A stretch of DNA of 64,000 nucleotides, from NCBI RefSeq assembly GCF_001447785.1, contig NW_015168689.1, forward strand, positions 124,001-188,000, written 5' to 3'. The notes below the pieces were generated by a model that worked only from the letters and a program-made list of their open reading frames with translations, did no database searches and was not told the DNA's origin. This DNA is from Gekko japonicus. Taxonomy: Eukaryota. The position numbers were made by a program, and so were the translations under genes. Below are positions 1-12,032 of the stretch, one piece after another (position 1 is the stretch's first letter; each line of letters begins with the position of its first letter).

Positions 1-1288
1 ACTAAACTTGCCCCCTGATGCCCCGAACAAACTGCATGCAACTGTTTTAATTGAGGGGTCCCCCTGTAAAATGGAACTGGATACTGGGTCCTCTTTTTTG
101 ATAATTTCAGTGGACACCTTGAGAAAACTCTGCCCCCGGGGGGGACCCCTCTTTAAAAAGCCACAGGGCCTCTCCTTATGAGATTTTCAGAAGAACCCAG
201 TCGCCATCAAAGGATGGGGAAATTTCAAGGTGCAATATAAGAGTTTTAATGGACTTTTGGAACTATTGGTGGTGGAAGGGAGGCTCACTAGCCTACTGGG
301 TCTCTCGTGGTTTGGGCCCTTGGGTTTTGAGGTAACGGGGGTAAACTAGGTGAGGTCCCATGACTTTAACAGGGTGTGCAATGAATTTCTGGAGGTTTTT
401 GATGGGACGCTCGGGCGTTACACTGGTCCTTCAGTCTCCCTTGACTTAAACCCCCTAGTTAGGCCCATCCGCATGAAAGCCAAGCACTCCCCCCTCACAT
501 TATGGCCAAAAATAGAGGCGGAGCTGGATCGCTTGGTGGCCCAAGGGGTTTTAGAGCCAGTACCCCACACCAAATGGGAAACCCCAATAGACACCCCGAT
601 GAAACCCAACGGGGATGTCCGCATCTGCGCGGATTATAAATGCACGCTCAACAAGGCACTGCAAGACCATGCATACCTGGTCCCTGTGGTCAGTCAAGTG
701 TTGGCATCATTGGCAGGGGCCCAGGTTTTTTGGAAACCGGATTTGGCCCAAGCCTACCAGCAACTTCCAGTGGATGATGCCACCGCAGAAGCCCAGACCA
801 TTGTGACACACTGGGGGGCTTTTAAGGTGACGTGAATACAATTTGGTGTAAGTGTGGCTCTGGGGATTTTTCAGAATTTAATGGACTGTCTCCTTAAAGG
901 AATTCCCAGAGTCCAACCATTTTTTGATGATGTTCTGATTGCCGCACCGGACTCAGACTCCTTCATGGAGCATCTCAGGACTGTACTCATGTGCTTCAGC
1001 GAGGCGGGGCTAAAGGTGAAGAGGGAGAAATGTCTGCTGGGGGTTCCACAGGTGGAATTCCTGGAGTTTGCTGTGGATTTCCAGGGCATCCATCCCACTC
1101 CTGAGAAGGTCCGAGCTATCGTCGAGGCCCCTACCCTGTCTTCCAAATTGGAGCTACAGGTGTTTCTAGGGCTTCTGAACTTTTATCATGCCTTCTTGCC
1201 CCACAAGGCAATGGTGGCTGAACTGCTCCACAGGCTTCTGGACCAGCACACCCCTTGGTCCTGGGGCACCAAACATGCTGTAATGTAA
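1..1288 (+). mobile_element. Ty3/Gypsy LTR retrotransposon pol fragment (protease-RT-RNase H linker), pseudogenised
   Basis: Aspartic protease motif MELDTGS at 71-91. RT motifs KWETPI, VRICADYK, DLAQAYQQ and FFDDVLI, then FLGLLNFY. In-frame stops at 347-349 and 833-835. Truncated near 1288 and runs off the left window edge. Confidence 0.93.
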
Positions 1289-1629
1289 CAGCTATTGTTG
1301 TACTTTTTAGAATCAACAGTATATTTCCAATACGTCACCAAGAGAAATGAATTGTTGAAAGACAGTTTATGTAAGGTTTCATACTACTTTTATTCATATA
1401 TTTACACATTGTTATATATATTTTTAAATGAGACTTGTATTGTTATATTTGATAAGGTACACATCCTTGTTCAGAAGAAGATCATTGTCGAAACGGCACA
1501 CCATTCCGGAGACCACCATCTACATTCACTATATATATTACTTATTTTCTGTTATTGTATATTATGATTTATGAATATATTACCAAGCGCTAAATTGTCA
1601 CAGTTCTTTTTCCTTTTTTCATCCATCAT

Positions 1630-1940
1630 GGCCCCAGACACAATCTTCTGTATCATTGTGGACTGCCAGCTGCACACATCTTCACGTATCAAACTATTAC
1701 CCCTTCGGCCACACTTACTTACTAATAATCTTAAAACTGTTCAATATCTTCTTAATGATGTTAATACTGATACTACAGTTATGGTTGCAGAATTCTTAGC
1801 TAATCAGCCACACTTAGATACAGTCTTTTTACATAATACACATATTTTATTGTCTAAATTTACTTACTGGAATTCAATGTATCTTCTTAAATGTATTTAT
1901 TATATACTACTATGCCATTAAAGGTGTCTGAATCTGGATA
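1630..1940 (+). mobile_element. 3' end of an RTE-X-like LINE
   Basis: Translation DTIF.IIVDC...QYLLND...TVMVAEFL resembles the C-terminus of the LINEs at 7.7-9.9 kb and 25.5-28 kb. Ends in an attaaaggtgtctgaatctg tail. Confidence 0.5.
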
Positions 1941-2609
1941 GACATACATGTAAAGAGTCGGACTCGACTGGCTTTCAAGCAAGGGAACCTTTACCTTTAA
2001 AGGAGGGTTTAAGGTGAGTATCAACTCCCCAAACTGTTAGTGAGAAAAACGAGGATAAGTTTGTCTTGTTTTAGTGCCCTTTTTATCAGCTCATGCTTAC
2101 ACTTAGAAATAAACATAATATGACATTGATTTTAAAATGTGAAACAAGTCAAAGAACTGTTTTGCTTGTTAACAGTAATAGCTCACTGTATCAGCTTTTT
2201 AACAGGCTCATAGAAAACCCTTCCAGATTATCAGAATGGACAGATGGAGTGCATGTGTTGCTTGTAGATGCTCTTCCAGGTAACGTTTCTGTGCCTTTAG
2301 ATGTGTGGCCCCCCTACCAGCAGCAATTCATGCTTGAGTTTTATCACTTTGCTAATTTCCCCATCAGTCACAGTAGATATTGATTGTCCCCGTTTAGAGA
2401 TGCACCCAGCATCTCCAAATGGAAAGTTATTTACACGCACAGCATGGCATTTCATTCCTTAAACAGACAATCAATGTCTGCTACACCAAGAGCCATATTC
2501 TAGAGGTGGTAACAAAACTACAAAACTCAATAAAAACTCCACTTGAAAGATTTTTGGCACTACAAATATTACAAGCTGATGTACTGGAGGGAAATCTGCC
2601 CTGTTTGGT

Positions 2610-2835
2610 ACCAGGTTGTGTGTGCCTGTTGCTTCTGACTTATGGTGACCCTATGAATTAATGTCCTCCAAAACATCCTGTCTTTAACAACCATTCTCAG
2701 GTCTTGCAAACAGAGGGCTGTGGCTTTGTTTATTGAGTCAATCCATCTCATGTTGGGTCTTCCTCTTTTCCTGCCGCCTTCAACTTTTCCTAGCATCAGC
2801 ATCTTTTCCAGTGACTTTTTGTCTTCTTATAAAGC
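2610..2835 (-). mobile_element. BovB (RTE) LINE 3' end
   Basis: Minus-strand ORF LMLGKVEGGRKRGRPNMRWIDSI is the characteristic BovB C-terminus. Confidence 0.85.
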
Positions 2836-4149
2836 ACAATAGACTCCTGTGATGGACAAGCCTTAAAACAGGCTTCAAAATGCAGCACCGAGTACCGGGA
2901 GGTGAAGAGTTAAATTTCCTCAAGAATGGAGAGCTTTGAGTGAGAGGCTACTCCAAGCACTCTGATTGGACAGCTCTAGCTAAGGGCAGAATTTTTTATT
3001 AGCTGGGTGCTGAGGGGGGAATTGGCACTCAAACAGATTCCTGATTTGAGAGAAGAGAGATGATTCTGTACCTTAACTGTTGGAAATCTTCTCTGAGGAA
3101 GAATTCAGTGGAAGAACTAAAAAAGCCTGAGACTCAGCCTATGCTGAAAGCAGTTTTACACAGACACAAGAATTGGGAATGAGATTTGGCAAGGTTGTTG
3201 TAGTGAGACGAGATTCCCATTCAGGCCAAAAGAAAGGGGATATATCTTCTAGGGAAATAAGAAGAATCCCTGCCCAACTAAACAGGTAGAGTTATCTCTG
3301 GGAGGAGGAGATCCCTGGTCTGCTGTGGAAGGAAACTGCTTGAAACACCTCAAGAGCTAGATAGATATTAGTGAATAAAAGGAAAGGAGTTAGGTGCTGA
3401 AAGAAGGTACCAGCCTCAAGGAAATAAGGGGAGAAATGGGAAACTCTACAAGTGGGGACCCGCAAGAAACTTGCGGGAGTGGCTATCCCATTCCCCCCAA
3501 CCTGTGCTTCTTCCCCTCTCTCCCTACTTCTCTCACCTCTTTCTCCTTCCTTCCACCTCTTTTCTTACCCACTCTCTCTCCCCTCCATGCCTGTCACTTC
3601 CTTTCTGCCCCACCCCATCACTCTTACTGTCCCTGTCATCCTCTCAACCTCCCATCTACTTCCTCTTGTTGGAAAACTGGTAAAAATAGCTAAATATTCA
3701 AAGTTTGCAATGGATCTTTTTCACTGGAGAGGAGGCATTTTCTTTCTATGTAAAAATCTTCATTTCTAAAGGGAAGGATACACAGGAAATTCTACAAAAC
3801 AACAAACACTTAAGAGTACATGCTTGCAACAACAGACACACCAAATAATAATGGAGATTCTTCCTTTCTTCTTGACCTCTAGAAGGAAATTACCTGAATG
3901 CATTAACCAATGATTGTTAGTAAATAGGCTTCAGTTTCCCCGCTTTCTTTCCATTGGCTTTCTGCCAGGTTCCCTTCCAGGTCAGTCTAAACAATAGCAC
4001 ACAAAGTAAGCACATTAACCCTATAATGACTAAATTTTAGACCTTGCAACACACATATTTCCAACACCTCTCCCCCCCACAGCAGCAGTGGCAGAAGCTG
4101 CTCTCCAGGAACCACAACGGATTGCTGAAATACAGAGATCAGTTCCTCT

Positions 4150-4512
4150 TAGGGTTGCCAGCTCCATATTGGGAAATTCCTGGAGATTTGGGGGTGAAGC
4201 CTTGGGAGAATGAGGTTTGAGCTTGGAAGTGGCCTCAGCAGGGTATAATACTATAAACTCCATCCTTCAAAGCAGCCATTTTCTCTGGGGGAACTGATCT
4301 CTGTCCTCTGGAGATCAGTTCTAATTCCAGGAGATCTCCCACCCTCACCTGGAGGTTGGCAACATTACTTCCCCTGGAGGAAATGACTGCTTTGGAGGGT
4401 GTAGTCTATGGCATTATATCTGTCTGAAGTCCCTCCACACTTCAATCCCCAATATCCTCAGGCTCTACTCCTCAAATATCCAGGAATTTCCCAACCCGGA
4501 GTTGGCATCCCT
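4150..4512. mobile_element. Two adjacent ~200-bp hAT-type MITE copies (TAGGGTTGCCA...TGGCAACCCTA family) inside Helitron copy A
   Basis: Terminal inverted motif agggttgcca/tggcaac. The body recurs at about 6570, 11320, 17390, 23605, 36520, 43200, 43900 and 55895. Confidence 0.7.
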
Positions 4513-4614
4513 ATCTCCTTCCCACCCAACAGCCAACCTACCTTTATCTGCCCCTCTGTCTTTAGCTTTCCATCTTCTTTCCCCCTGCAGCTTCAACTGA
4601 GGAAAACTACGATC

Positions 4615-4812
4615 TTTCTACACAGTAGGGACTAAAGCAGTTTACATTATTCTCCCCTCCTTTTTATCCACACAAGCACCCTATGAAGTAAGTTAAGCTG
4701 AAAGTATGTGACTGATCCAAAATCACCTAGTGAGCTTCCACAGCAGGATGGGGATCTCAACCTGGGTCTTGCAAACCCTACTCTGAAGCTCTGACCATTA
4801 TACTACACTGAC
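4615..4812 (-). mobile_element. tRNA-derived SINE inside Helitron copy A
   Basis: Reverse complement gives a tRNA-like head plus the aacctacctcacagggttgttgt-type core also seen at 14340-14570, 23420-23600 and 43510-43735. Confidence 0.7.
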
Positions 4813-4879
4813 CTTTACAGGGTGGCTGCTGTTGAACAGTAGCAAACAGCCAGGCCTAGGTTTGCCAGCCTCCTTGAGG

Positions 4880-6543
4880 CAGTTTCATTGACTTACCTGG
4901 TAATGGCAATGACCCAGCCCACAGTTGTGGGTTGGCTGCAGATAGAAAATGCTTTCTCTCCAGTTAACTCCCTAGCTGATTTTTTGTGGAATGATAAGAG
5001 GCACAGAAATGTAATGAAATTTTCTTCTCCATGTCTAGACAACATGATTGCAATATGGGATAAAAGATGGAAAAAGATATCTCCAGGGAGATCTTTACTA
5101 TCTTCGATTCAGAACCAGAAATGGCTCCCTCCTGAAAATTCATTGTCGGCAAGTTGCACCTGGAAATCAACTAGAAACCTACGTTTACTAGATCTACTTG
5201 ATAATGGACTACTGAAATTAAAACAGAATGTAGAGGAACTCTTGCAACAGCCTCTTTTGTGGTGGCAGTATCATCGAATTAGACATCTGACACTGTTAAA
5301 GAGTCAATCTCAAGGCCTCTCACGGACTTTGAAATTTTGCTCAAAAATATACCCGAACATACATCTTGTCTACTTTTTAGATTATACAATATCCTTTTAC
5401 GATCAGAAATGCTGAAAGCTTATTCCTACCAACAGCTTTGGCAGATAGACTGTCAACAGCAAATCTCGGAGGAGGATTGGCCAGGTATATGGGAGGCAGT
5501 GTGTTTCAAATCAAATATATATTCTCTTAAATACCAATATATTAAGTTACTGACAAGATGGTATTTACCGCCTACAAGAACGCATCACATCAATAAAAAT
5601 AATTCTCCCGGGTGTTCAAAGGGATGTGGTTGTGTAGCACATTTTCTCCACTGTTGGTGGACTTGTGAACAGGTACAAAACTTCTGGAGAGGTATCCTCT
5701 TACACATCAAGAATATCACAGGAAGGTCTTCCACTTCTGCCAGAGGTTTTGCTATTATATTATTGGAAAATGCCATATGGGAAACTGAAACGCGACCAAT
5801 TGACCTCAACTCTAATTTCAGCAGCTAGAACATTGTTAGCCTCAAAATAGAAAGATCAGAAAATGCTGACAATAGATCAATGGCTCCGAAAGTTGTGGCA
5901 CTTTTATATTTTAGGTAAACTTATGAATAATACACAACTGAGTAGATCAGATCAACAGAAACTAGCATACACTGAATTGTGGTCTCCTTTTATTCATTAT
6001 TTGATGGAAAAGGACATTGTAGTGTATTCTGAAGCTGCCAGGAATACCTAAGATGTAATGTGAAACATCTCATAAGGAAGCAATGTTAAGCTTCGTCTTG
6101 AACAGGGATTGAAGTTCAAGACTAATGCGTCCAATCAGGTTCAAAGGTATATAAGCGGGAAAGACTCTGATTGGTCCTTATTCGCTCAACCTGATAGGTT
6201 GATAACTGTATAGTAGGAGTGGCTACATTAGCCCGGAATGTTTAAATACCGAGCAGCTGCAATGGAATAGCTGTTCGGGCTATCAGAAGTTGTATCGTGT
6301 TAGAGAAGTGATCGTCGAGCTGAAATAAACCTGAGTTTTGCTGAAATCACTCTCTGACTAATTTGTTAAGCATCGGACTTAACAGACATTATACCAAATG
6401 ATGATAATTATGTGGACTTGAAATGAATATAAGCAGAGCTTTTTGTTTTGATGGTCAATCAGGGCTTATTCATCTTAACCTCATGGCCTTATTTGCTTCA
6501 TTTATAGTTTTAATATATTTGATGTGATATAATTTTTTAAAAA
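4880..6543 (+). mobile_element. 5'-truncated L1-clade LINE (ORF2 C-terminus and 3'UTR)
   Basis: Frameshifted ORFs with KLLTRWYLPP...CSKGCG...FLHCWWTC..VQNFW (L1 Cys-rich domain). AT-rich 3'UTR with an A-rich end near 6540. Confidence 0.85.
6084..6384 (+). mobile_element. Solo LTR inserted in the L1 3'UTR
   Basis: Perfect 7-bp inverted termini TGTTAAG...CTTAACA, CCAAT and TATA-like boxes, AATAAA at 6324-6329, CpG-rich. No TSD match. Confidence 0.7.
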
Positions 6544-7204
6544 AGTCACCCAAAGGGTGCTGCTAAGCCTTGGTTTGCCAGCCTCCAGGTGGGACCTGGA
6601 GATCCCCCAGAATTACAGCTGACATCCAGACTGCAGAGATCTATCCCCCTGGAGAAAATGGGTGGACTCTGTAGCATTCTATCCAGGTGAGGCCTCTCCC
6701 CTCCCCAAACTCTGCACTCCTCAGACTTACTCACAGAATCTCCAGGAATATCCCAACCTGGAGCGGGCAATTCTAGTCCCAGGCTTGGCTCCAAAATACG
6801 CCTGGAAAGTGCCCTGCCCCCTACCCCTGCCTTTTTAATGCAACCCTCCTGCTATATAGCCATTCATACTGCAGGAAGAATCCTCCCCATCCCAGCTCCA
6901 GTTTTGCTTTTGCTTCCTGTCCTCTTCTTCCACTCATAATCTCTCTCTGTCTCTCTAGCTATCAGCCAATCTATCTCTCATGGTCGATGCTGTGGGGCCT
7001 GGAGTAGATCCCTGCAACAGCTATTTCAAAAAGTATGGTTGGGGGGGATTCAACCCTCCCCGAGTTTTTTTTAATGTTTTTGATTTTTCTGCAAACCCAC
7101 GAAGCTCCCTGAGTCTGTAGAAAAATCTGTTGGGGGAGAGTGTACCCTCTGCGAAAATAAGTATCCACACACAGAGGGGACTGTTGAGAGTTAGATATAT
7201 AAAT

Positions 7205-7352
7205 TAAAACTCTCCTCCAACACCACATTTCAAAAGAATCTACTTGCTTCCTGTCAGCTTTCTTCATTGTTCAACATTCAGGTCTTCATTGTTTTCTGTT
7301 AGTAATGTGGTGTCACCTGAATATCTCATATTATTAATGTTCCTTCCATGAG
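7205..7352 (-). mobile_element. BovB LINE RT fragment
   Basis: Translates to MKKADRKQVDSFEMWCWRRVL plus a degenerate NINNLRYADDTTL-like block, joined by an internal deletion. Confidence 0.8.
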
Positions 7353-7486
7353 TTACTGGATGAAAAAGACAGCCAAACTAATAAAATAAAATAAAACCCA
7401 GTGCAGGGTTTTCCCATTGCACCATCTGCAGGTATCTTATTGGTTTCAGTATTGAAACTATTTGATGAAGTCCCTCAGCTCGGAAG

Positions 7487-7656
7487 TAGGGGTATGCGTT
7501 TGGCATAAACTGAACCAAAAATATACCTAGATAATACCTTATTGGTATTTTTCGGGTATTATTTGGCTACCAATATAGCCGAGCCTGAAAAAAGCTGATT
7601 TTTTCTGGGTTTTATTTAGGTGTATCAGCTATATCAGGAGCCATCCCCAGCTCCAT

Positions 7657-7701
<45 letters not shown>

Positions 7702-10645
7702 CTTTACTGCTTTTGCAACCAGAGTCATAAACAGCAAACCCTCATCCCACAATAAACCTCATTCCACAGGAAAACATGGAAGAATTTAAAGGTTGCTACT
7801 GCAAAAGTTGTCATGTGATTTGACAACAGCTGCTAGAAATTTTGCCACGTGCAGAATAGTTTGTGTCTCTAAGTAATCAGGATAATTTTGCTTCTGGGGA
7901 GAGGAAGTCCTGATTAAATAAAGGAGAGATCAGCTCATCTCTTAGAGCCTAAAATTTGGGACAATCAAGCAAAAAATGATCCACAGAGTCCATCTGAGTA
8001 TGAAATCCCATTAAATCTTCCTGACATCACAGCTGAAGGTAGGGCATTCAGGCAAGCTAGCATGGATGCCCTTCTATATTTGGAAGAATTATCTCAGATA
8101 AGTAGCTTGGCATGGTTGTTGGAGGCTGAATGCCTACAGAAAAGGGTGAGCACACTCTGTGGGCTCTAATCGATGTACTCTCGAAGTCAAAGTCTCTCAA
8201 ACGTCTTCTAATGAGCTGTGACAGTTCTTGTCTACTCGTGACTTCTATCACGTCATGGGTGATACCCAGCCATAATAGTCTACGGTCAAGTAATCGGTCC
8301 CAGTCACTTGTGTGGTGATCCAGTTTGACTAGTCCAAGGTGGTTTAGATCTGGATTTGATTTTAGAGTTCTGATTTTCAAATTGAATGCTCTTCCTTTGC
8401 TTCGTAAGACATCTCTCCAACTTTGGCTCTCAGGGCTATTCTGGACACACACTGAGGTGTTTCCAGAATCTGTGTAGAATCTGTTCCCAGAATCTGTGTA
8501 GGAATCTTAATAGAGGTCTGTTGATATTGTCTGTTACTGCACTGATCCAGACCCTGGTGGCATATAGCATCTGCCCTGCAACTTTAGCGTTGAATACTTT
8601 GACTGCCTTGAGATGGCCTTCCCAGTACTCATAGTGACTCTAAAGGCAGAATTCACATATATCTTCCAGGAAAGATTTGTTTGAAAGATTATTCCTAAAT
8701 ATTTAAAATGCTCTATTTGTTCCATAGGTTGACCTGCCACCGACCACTTATACTTCTTTATCTTCTGTTTTTTTAATAAAAAGAAGTCACATAGGCCAAC
8801 CACAGATCTTGACAGTATCATCTGCATATAAGAGACAGGGTAATTTAACATGAGCCAGGCAAGGTGGATGAAATTCATTTCTTGATATATAAGAAGTTAA
8901 GTCATTACAGTATATATTGAATCATAGCAGAGCAAGGATGCATCCTTGCTTAACTGCTCTGTTCAGTGGAATATCCCTGGTCGGTTCGCCATCAGGACCA
9001 CATCTCATCTGAGCAGTAGACTGAGCATATAATTGTTGTATCAGGAAGAGGAGGTTCTTGCCCAGTTTATCCCATAGTTTTTGTCTAGGCACTGAGTCAA
9101 AGGGTGCTCTGAGATTCATGAAGGCAACAGCTAACATGCCATCTCTTGAGCTGGTGTACTTATCTACAATAAATTGGAGAGTGTGGCATCAGCCAACTGC
9201 ACTAGCACCTCTATGGAATCCAGCTTGCTCTTGATCCAATATGGCTTCATCTTCCATCCAAAGAATTAGCTTCTTATGAAGCAAACAAGTGTATAATTTG
9301 CCCACCACTGCTAGTAAAATTATGGGCCAGTAATTGTTTGGGTCAGTTGGATCACCTTTTTTGTAGATGGGAACTATTACTGCATGGTACCAAGAGGTAG
9401 GCATAATACCTGTCTCATTGATTCATGTGAATATTGGTGCCAATATCTCCACCCATCACTCAGCATTTTCTTTGAACAGCTCCGCCTAGTGTCAGGTCAG
9501 GTCCAAGATTTCATTTGAGTTATTAAAGATTTAATTTCTGATGCTGTGATCGGGGGGCATTTCTCAACCATCGAAGTAGGAGCCGTTTGGGGAAGGATAT
9601 TATTAGCACATGAAATCACAAATAAGGCATTAAAATGTGGCTCCCAACAATTGGCAGAAGTGTAACAAAGGAGCGGAGATCTGGTATTTAGTTCATTTGC
9701 AATCATATCCCAAAAGGTTTTAATATATTTCTGTTTGAAAACCCAGATCATATGTTTCCAGGAGGAAATTAAAGCAGCACTTTTTTTGCTTTTGATGAGC
9801 ATTCTGAATTCACATTTAAAAAATGTGCCTCTGTCATTGCATAGTTTGAATTGTCGGTGCATGTAGCAAATTGCCCTTTTAAGTGCCCTACAATCACTAT
9901 CAAATCAATTGTCTTGCCTGCCCAGGCCAAAGTCCCTGGTCAGTCCATAGGATATATATAACAGTTGGAAAAAATTGTATTAATTCACTCATTAGACTTA
10001 TCTTCTCCAGGGAAGAATGAATGGAGATTTTAGCTTTAAATTGACAGGCTTTAGGACAGTTTTTAAAGGCTGTTTACTTCCTTCATGATCTCATTATTTT
10101 AGCTCTGAGCTGCAAGAGAGGAGCTCTGAGCTCCTGCCACACAGGCTGATCCAAGCCACAGAGTCACACAGCTTGGAGAAGGCATTTAAAGGGACTGCAA
10201 TCTCTTTAAATGCCTTTTCCCCCTCCATTGGTTTCAATAGAAGATGGGGGCACCTATTATGGGGGCCCATAGAATTGGACCCCCGGTCCAATCTTTTTGA
10301 GACTTTGCAGTCTTTTTGAGGAGAGGTACCAGCAGCTGTGCTGCAAATGTAATGCCTCTACCTCCAAAAAAAGAAGAAGAAGAAGAAGAACCCAACCCTC
10401 CAGAGCCCCAGAAATTCTCAGATCAATTCTCCATTATGCTCTTTGGGATTCATTGACTATAATGGTCCCCACAGGGTATAATGGGGCCAAAAAATTCAAC
10501 AAACTCAAATATTTCCCAAATCCCAATACCATGCTGGTATTGGGATTTGGGAATATCGGGTAATACCGATGTTTTTGGAGCTCAATATACCTGAACCCAA
10601 AAATACTGAGGGGTTCCCCCTCCCCTTTTTTTTTGCACAGCCCTA
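7487..10645. mobile_element. hAT-type non-autonomous element split by an RTE-X-like LINE
   Basis: Termini TAGGGGTATGC...GCACAGCCCTA. Flanking 8-mers CTCGGAAG and CTTGGGAG match 6/8. Related to 37302-37802. Confidence 0.55.
7657..9950 (-). mobile_element. RTE-X-like LINE copy 1 (RT to 3' end) with a (GTA)n tail
   Basis: IVPIYKKGDPTDPNNYWPI, QEQAGF, FDSVPRQKLW, VKQGCILA, FKYLGI, with many frameshifts. The (TAC)n run at 7657-7700 is its tail. Confidence 0.85.
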
Positions 10646-11637
10646 CTTGGGAGAGGTGTTTCTCTACTAGGATTTTGACAAAGGTCAATATCCAGTGTAG
10701 AATAAAATGAATTTTCAAATTTCAACATTTGGATTTTGACTTTGAAATTTGATTGTTTTAGAACACTGGGCAGTTTTTCATTACGTAGGTACTGTTATCA
10801 GTTTCTCAGATAGATGATTTTATTTGCAAACCATCCATCTACACACAAGAGCATGCATCTTTCATCCCCATTTTGTCCAGTCAGAAGAGAAAGCCTCTGT
10901 GAAGCAGATGTTAGGGTACTGGACTATTATTGGGAAGGTCAGGTTTCAAATCTCACTCTGCCATGTAGCTTGTTAGCCTTAGGCCACTCACTATCTCTCA
11001 GATTAATCTTACTCACAGGTTTTTTGTGATGATCAAATAGGTCTGAAGACCATCTCAACTGCTTTGAGATCCTAAGAAGAAGGAGAGGGTAAAATTACAA
11101 ATACATTTCCTTAATACGGACCTTGTCTAGGGGGTTCTATTTGATATTATTTTCAGATACAGATTGGCTCTGATCTGGCGGTATTCCAGCCAGATCCAGT
11201 CAACTCTGCTTTCAAATAGCATCATAAAATACAGACTACTAGCTACTGATTACGGATAACAAATGTATAAACTATTGCAATGAATATATATATGAAGTTC
11301 CTCAGTTGTGGGTGTGGCGTTTCCCCAGAATTACAACTGATCTCTAGACTATAGAGGTCACTTCACTCCAGGGCAAATGGCAGATTCAGAGAGAAGTCTC
11401 TGTGGTATCACATCCCTGCTGAGCACCCGCCCCAAATTTCCCCACCCCAGTCACCGCTGCCCAATCTTCAAAAATTTACTAAGCCAGCGTTGGCATCCCT
11501 GGGGAAAGATCTAATGATTAAGTCTGTTGGAAGAAGGAATCCTTCTCGCAATGGAAGAATGCTAGCTTAGCAGAAGGGAAGCATTGGCTCCAAACCCATG
11601 GAGTACATCACACTGTTCCCCTAAAAGATACAGAATA

Positions 11638-12032
11638 CAGGGCTCTTTTTGTAGAAAAAGCCCAGCAGGAACTCATTAGCATAATAGGCCACACCCAACA
11701 TCAGAAACTCATTAGCATATTGGGCCACACCCCTGACAGCACAGCTCATTAGCACATTAGGCCGCACCCCCATGTTACCAGAAGTGTGGTTATCCAGCCA
11801 CACCCACCTTTTGCTTGTTATTCTGTTTTGCTTGTTTGTTGTCAAAACCCGGGGCTTTTTTGTAGCAGGAACTCCTTTGCATGTTAGGCCACACACCCCT
11901 AATGTAGCCAATCCTAATGAGTTCCTGCTGTTGGGTGTGGCCTATTATGCTAATGAGTTCCTTCTGGGTGTGGCCAACTTGGGAGCCAGCTGGAACTCCA
12001 TTCCTGTGCGTTCCTGCCCAAAAATAGCCCTG
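11638..12032. mobile_element. hAT MITE fragments (CAGGGCTTTTTTGTAG family) with ATGCTAATGAG subterminal repeats
   Basis: TIR-like cagggctctttttgtag...aaaatagccctg and repeated ctcattagcat. Related to 32125-32257. Confidence 0.7.

Larger units (their letters stand above)
3449..7203 (-). mobile_element. Non-autonomous Helitron-like element, copy A (interrupted by an L1)
   Basis: Minus-strand 3' end CTTG|T at 3449, next to a perfect hairpin CCCGCAAG-AAA-CTTGCGGG (3459-3477). Degenerate 5' end A|TTTATATATCTAA near 7203. Internal segments are collinear (inverted) with 42968-44307. Confidence 0.7.

Noticed and set aside
1-1288. This pol being the missing part of the 38.5-40.5 kb provirus
   Set aside because: Opposite strand, 37 kb away, and no shared sequence is visible to link them.
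2848-3446. Possible solo LTR
   Set aside because: It has a TG start, an inverted CCAAT and AATAAA, but no TSD or clear right terminus.
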